A stretch of 64,000 bases of DNA from Anthoceros angustus (taxonomy: Eukaryota > Plantae > Anthocerotophyta), in NCBI GenBank assembly GCA_010909165.1, contig MU008154.1:857478-921477 (forward strand), written 5' to 3'. A program made the translations under genes and the position numbers. This document shows positions 63,001-64,000 of the stretch, one piece after another (positions within the stretch are counted from its first letter, which is position 1; each line of letters begins with the position of its first letter). The notes under the pieces were generated by a model. The model was given only the letters and a program-made list of their open reading frames with translations, was not told the origin of the DNA and did not search any database.

Positions 63001-64000
63001 GACCCCTTTGGGCGTCAGCGTTTTTGCCTTGTTCTCTGTAATGGCGGTAGAAGTAGCCTGCAACAAGGCCCTTTTGCCTTCTTCTATTACCTTTGGCGGT
63101 AGAAGTAGGCTGCATCAAGGCTTTTTGCCTTGTTCTCTGTAATGGTAGGAGTGGCCTGCGGCAAGGCCGTTTACATTCTTCTCGTAATGGCGTGAAGCGA
63201 CCTTCTTGACAGACGTGCAACGTTGAAGGCAAAAGCCCTTACCAAACTAGTAGTATGCGGGCACTCATGAATCCTCATCTCCAAGGAGGAGCTCAAGAGG
63301 AAGAGCGGTTAAGATAACACACATCCATATCGCAACGTGTCGGGGAGCGTCCACGAAGGTTGCCGCGAAAGTTGTACGCAACCTAACTCGAAAGTATCAG
63401 GCGAATCAACCGTCGCACATGTGGATGAAGGAGCGAGTGCCGCAAGGGAAGCCTTGTATCATGAGTCACAAGTTAGCCCTAACATTTAGAGGTTTTAGAG
63501 GTGAACTCCTGCATGTGCAACTTTGTCAATTTTGGTGGAGCCTTACAGGATCCCCTAGATTGCTTCCACCGTGTACCCACACCCAAATTGCTTTGTATGA
63601 TGTTTGGGCCCGTTGTCGTATGAACATGATCAAAATACACAACGGACTTCTTAACCTAAATTTTTCCTCCTCCTTTTGAAAACCGGACATTCGGTTCTAG
63701 CAAGCATTGTCAATGGTTTGCAAGAAGTGAAAACCGAAACCTCGATTTTGGAGCCATGTCCTATTAGTGAAGGAGGTTTCATTCGTAAATAAGGAGGTTT
63801 GGATATTCACCCCTTCAAACAATAGCAAGTTATTGTCCTCAATGATAGCTGTAACAAGGATCCACAATCTTTCTCCACTCCTAGTGAAAGGTCCACACAA
63901 CGAAGCCACCAAGCTTACTTATAATTAGGTGTGGAGTCCTCAACTCATCATACGAGAGTCTCATCGCTCAAAAGCCCTCGCACTCCGCACAAAACACCAA
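60091..64000. repeat. Second block of the array: A, partial A, X, then a 1.64-kb re-duplication of partial A plus X
   Basis: Markers at ~60581, 61740 and 63378. The block 60091-63190 parallels 51670-54870 (offset ~8.4 kb). Confidence 0.9.

Overview
Nuclear DNA from a seed-free land plant with flagellated sperm. CFAP61 and a DUF26 gene are both present and genes are compact with short introns; hornwort or lycophyte is my inference. Recognisable genes, left to right: a 646-aa disordered protein; a tandem trio of DUF26/Gnk2 secreted-protein copies (one intact); a decayed LRR gene; a full-size ABCB transporter; an AT-rich coiled-coil gene; PAM16; a UPF0390 gene; intronless UFSP2; E2F partner DP; CFAP61; HROB/DUF4539; a small mitochondrial membrane protein; RPSA; and DPE1. 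The last ~13 kb is a decayed repeat array carrying an AT-hook exon and a MULE transposase fragment. Six 1.0-1.65 kb tandem duplications have copies that differ mostly by small indels where I compared them. This looks like noisy long-read assembly, so some duplications and pseudogene frameshifts may be artefacts. I found no confidently novel multi-gene system. The best leads are the direct repeats bracketing RPSA, a ~250-bp dispersed element found next to local host-sequence duplications (including an inverted copy of PAM16 exon 1), the AT-hook/MULE array, and the C-X10-C-X2-C DUF26 variant. Coordinates of multi-exon genes and repeats were counted by eye and may be off by a few bases.
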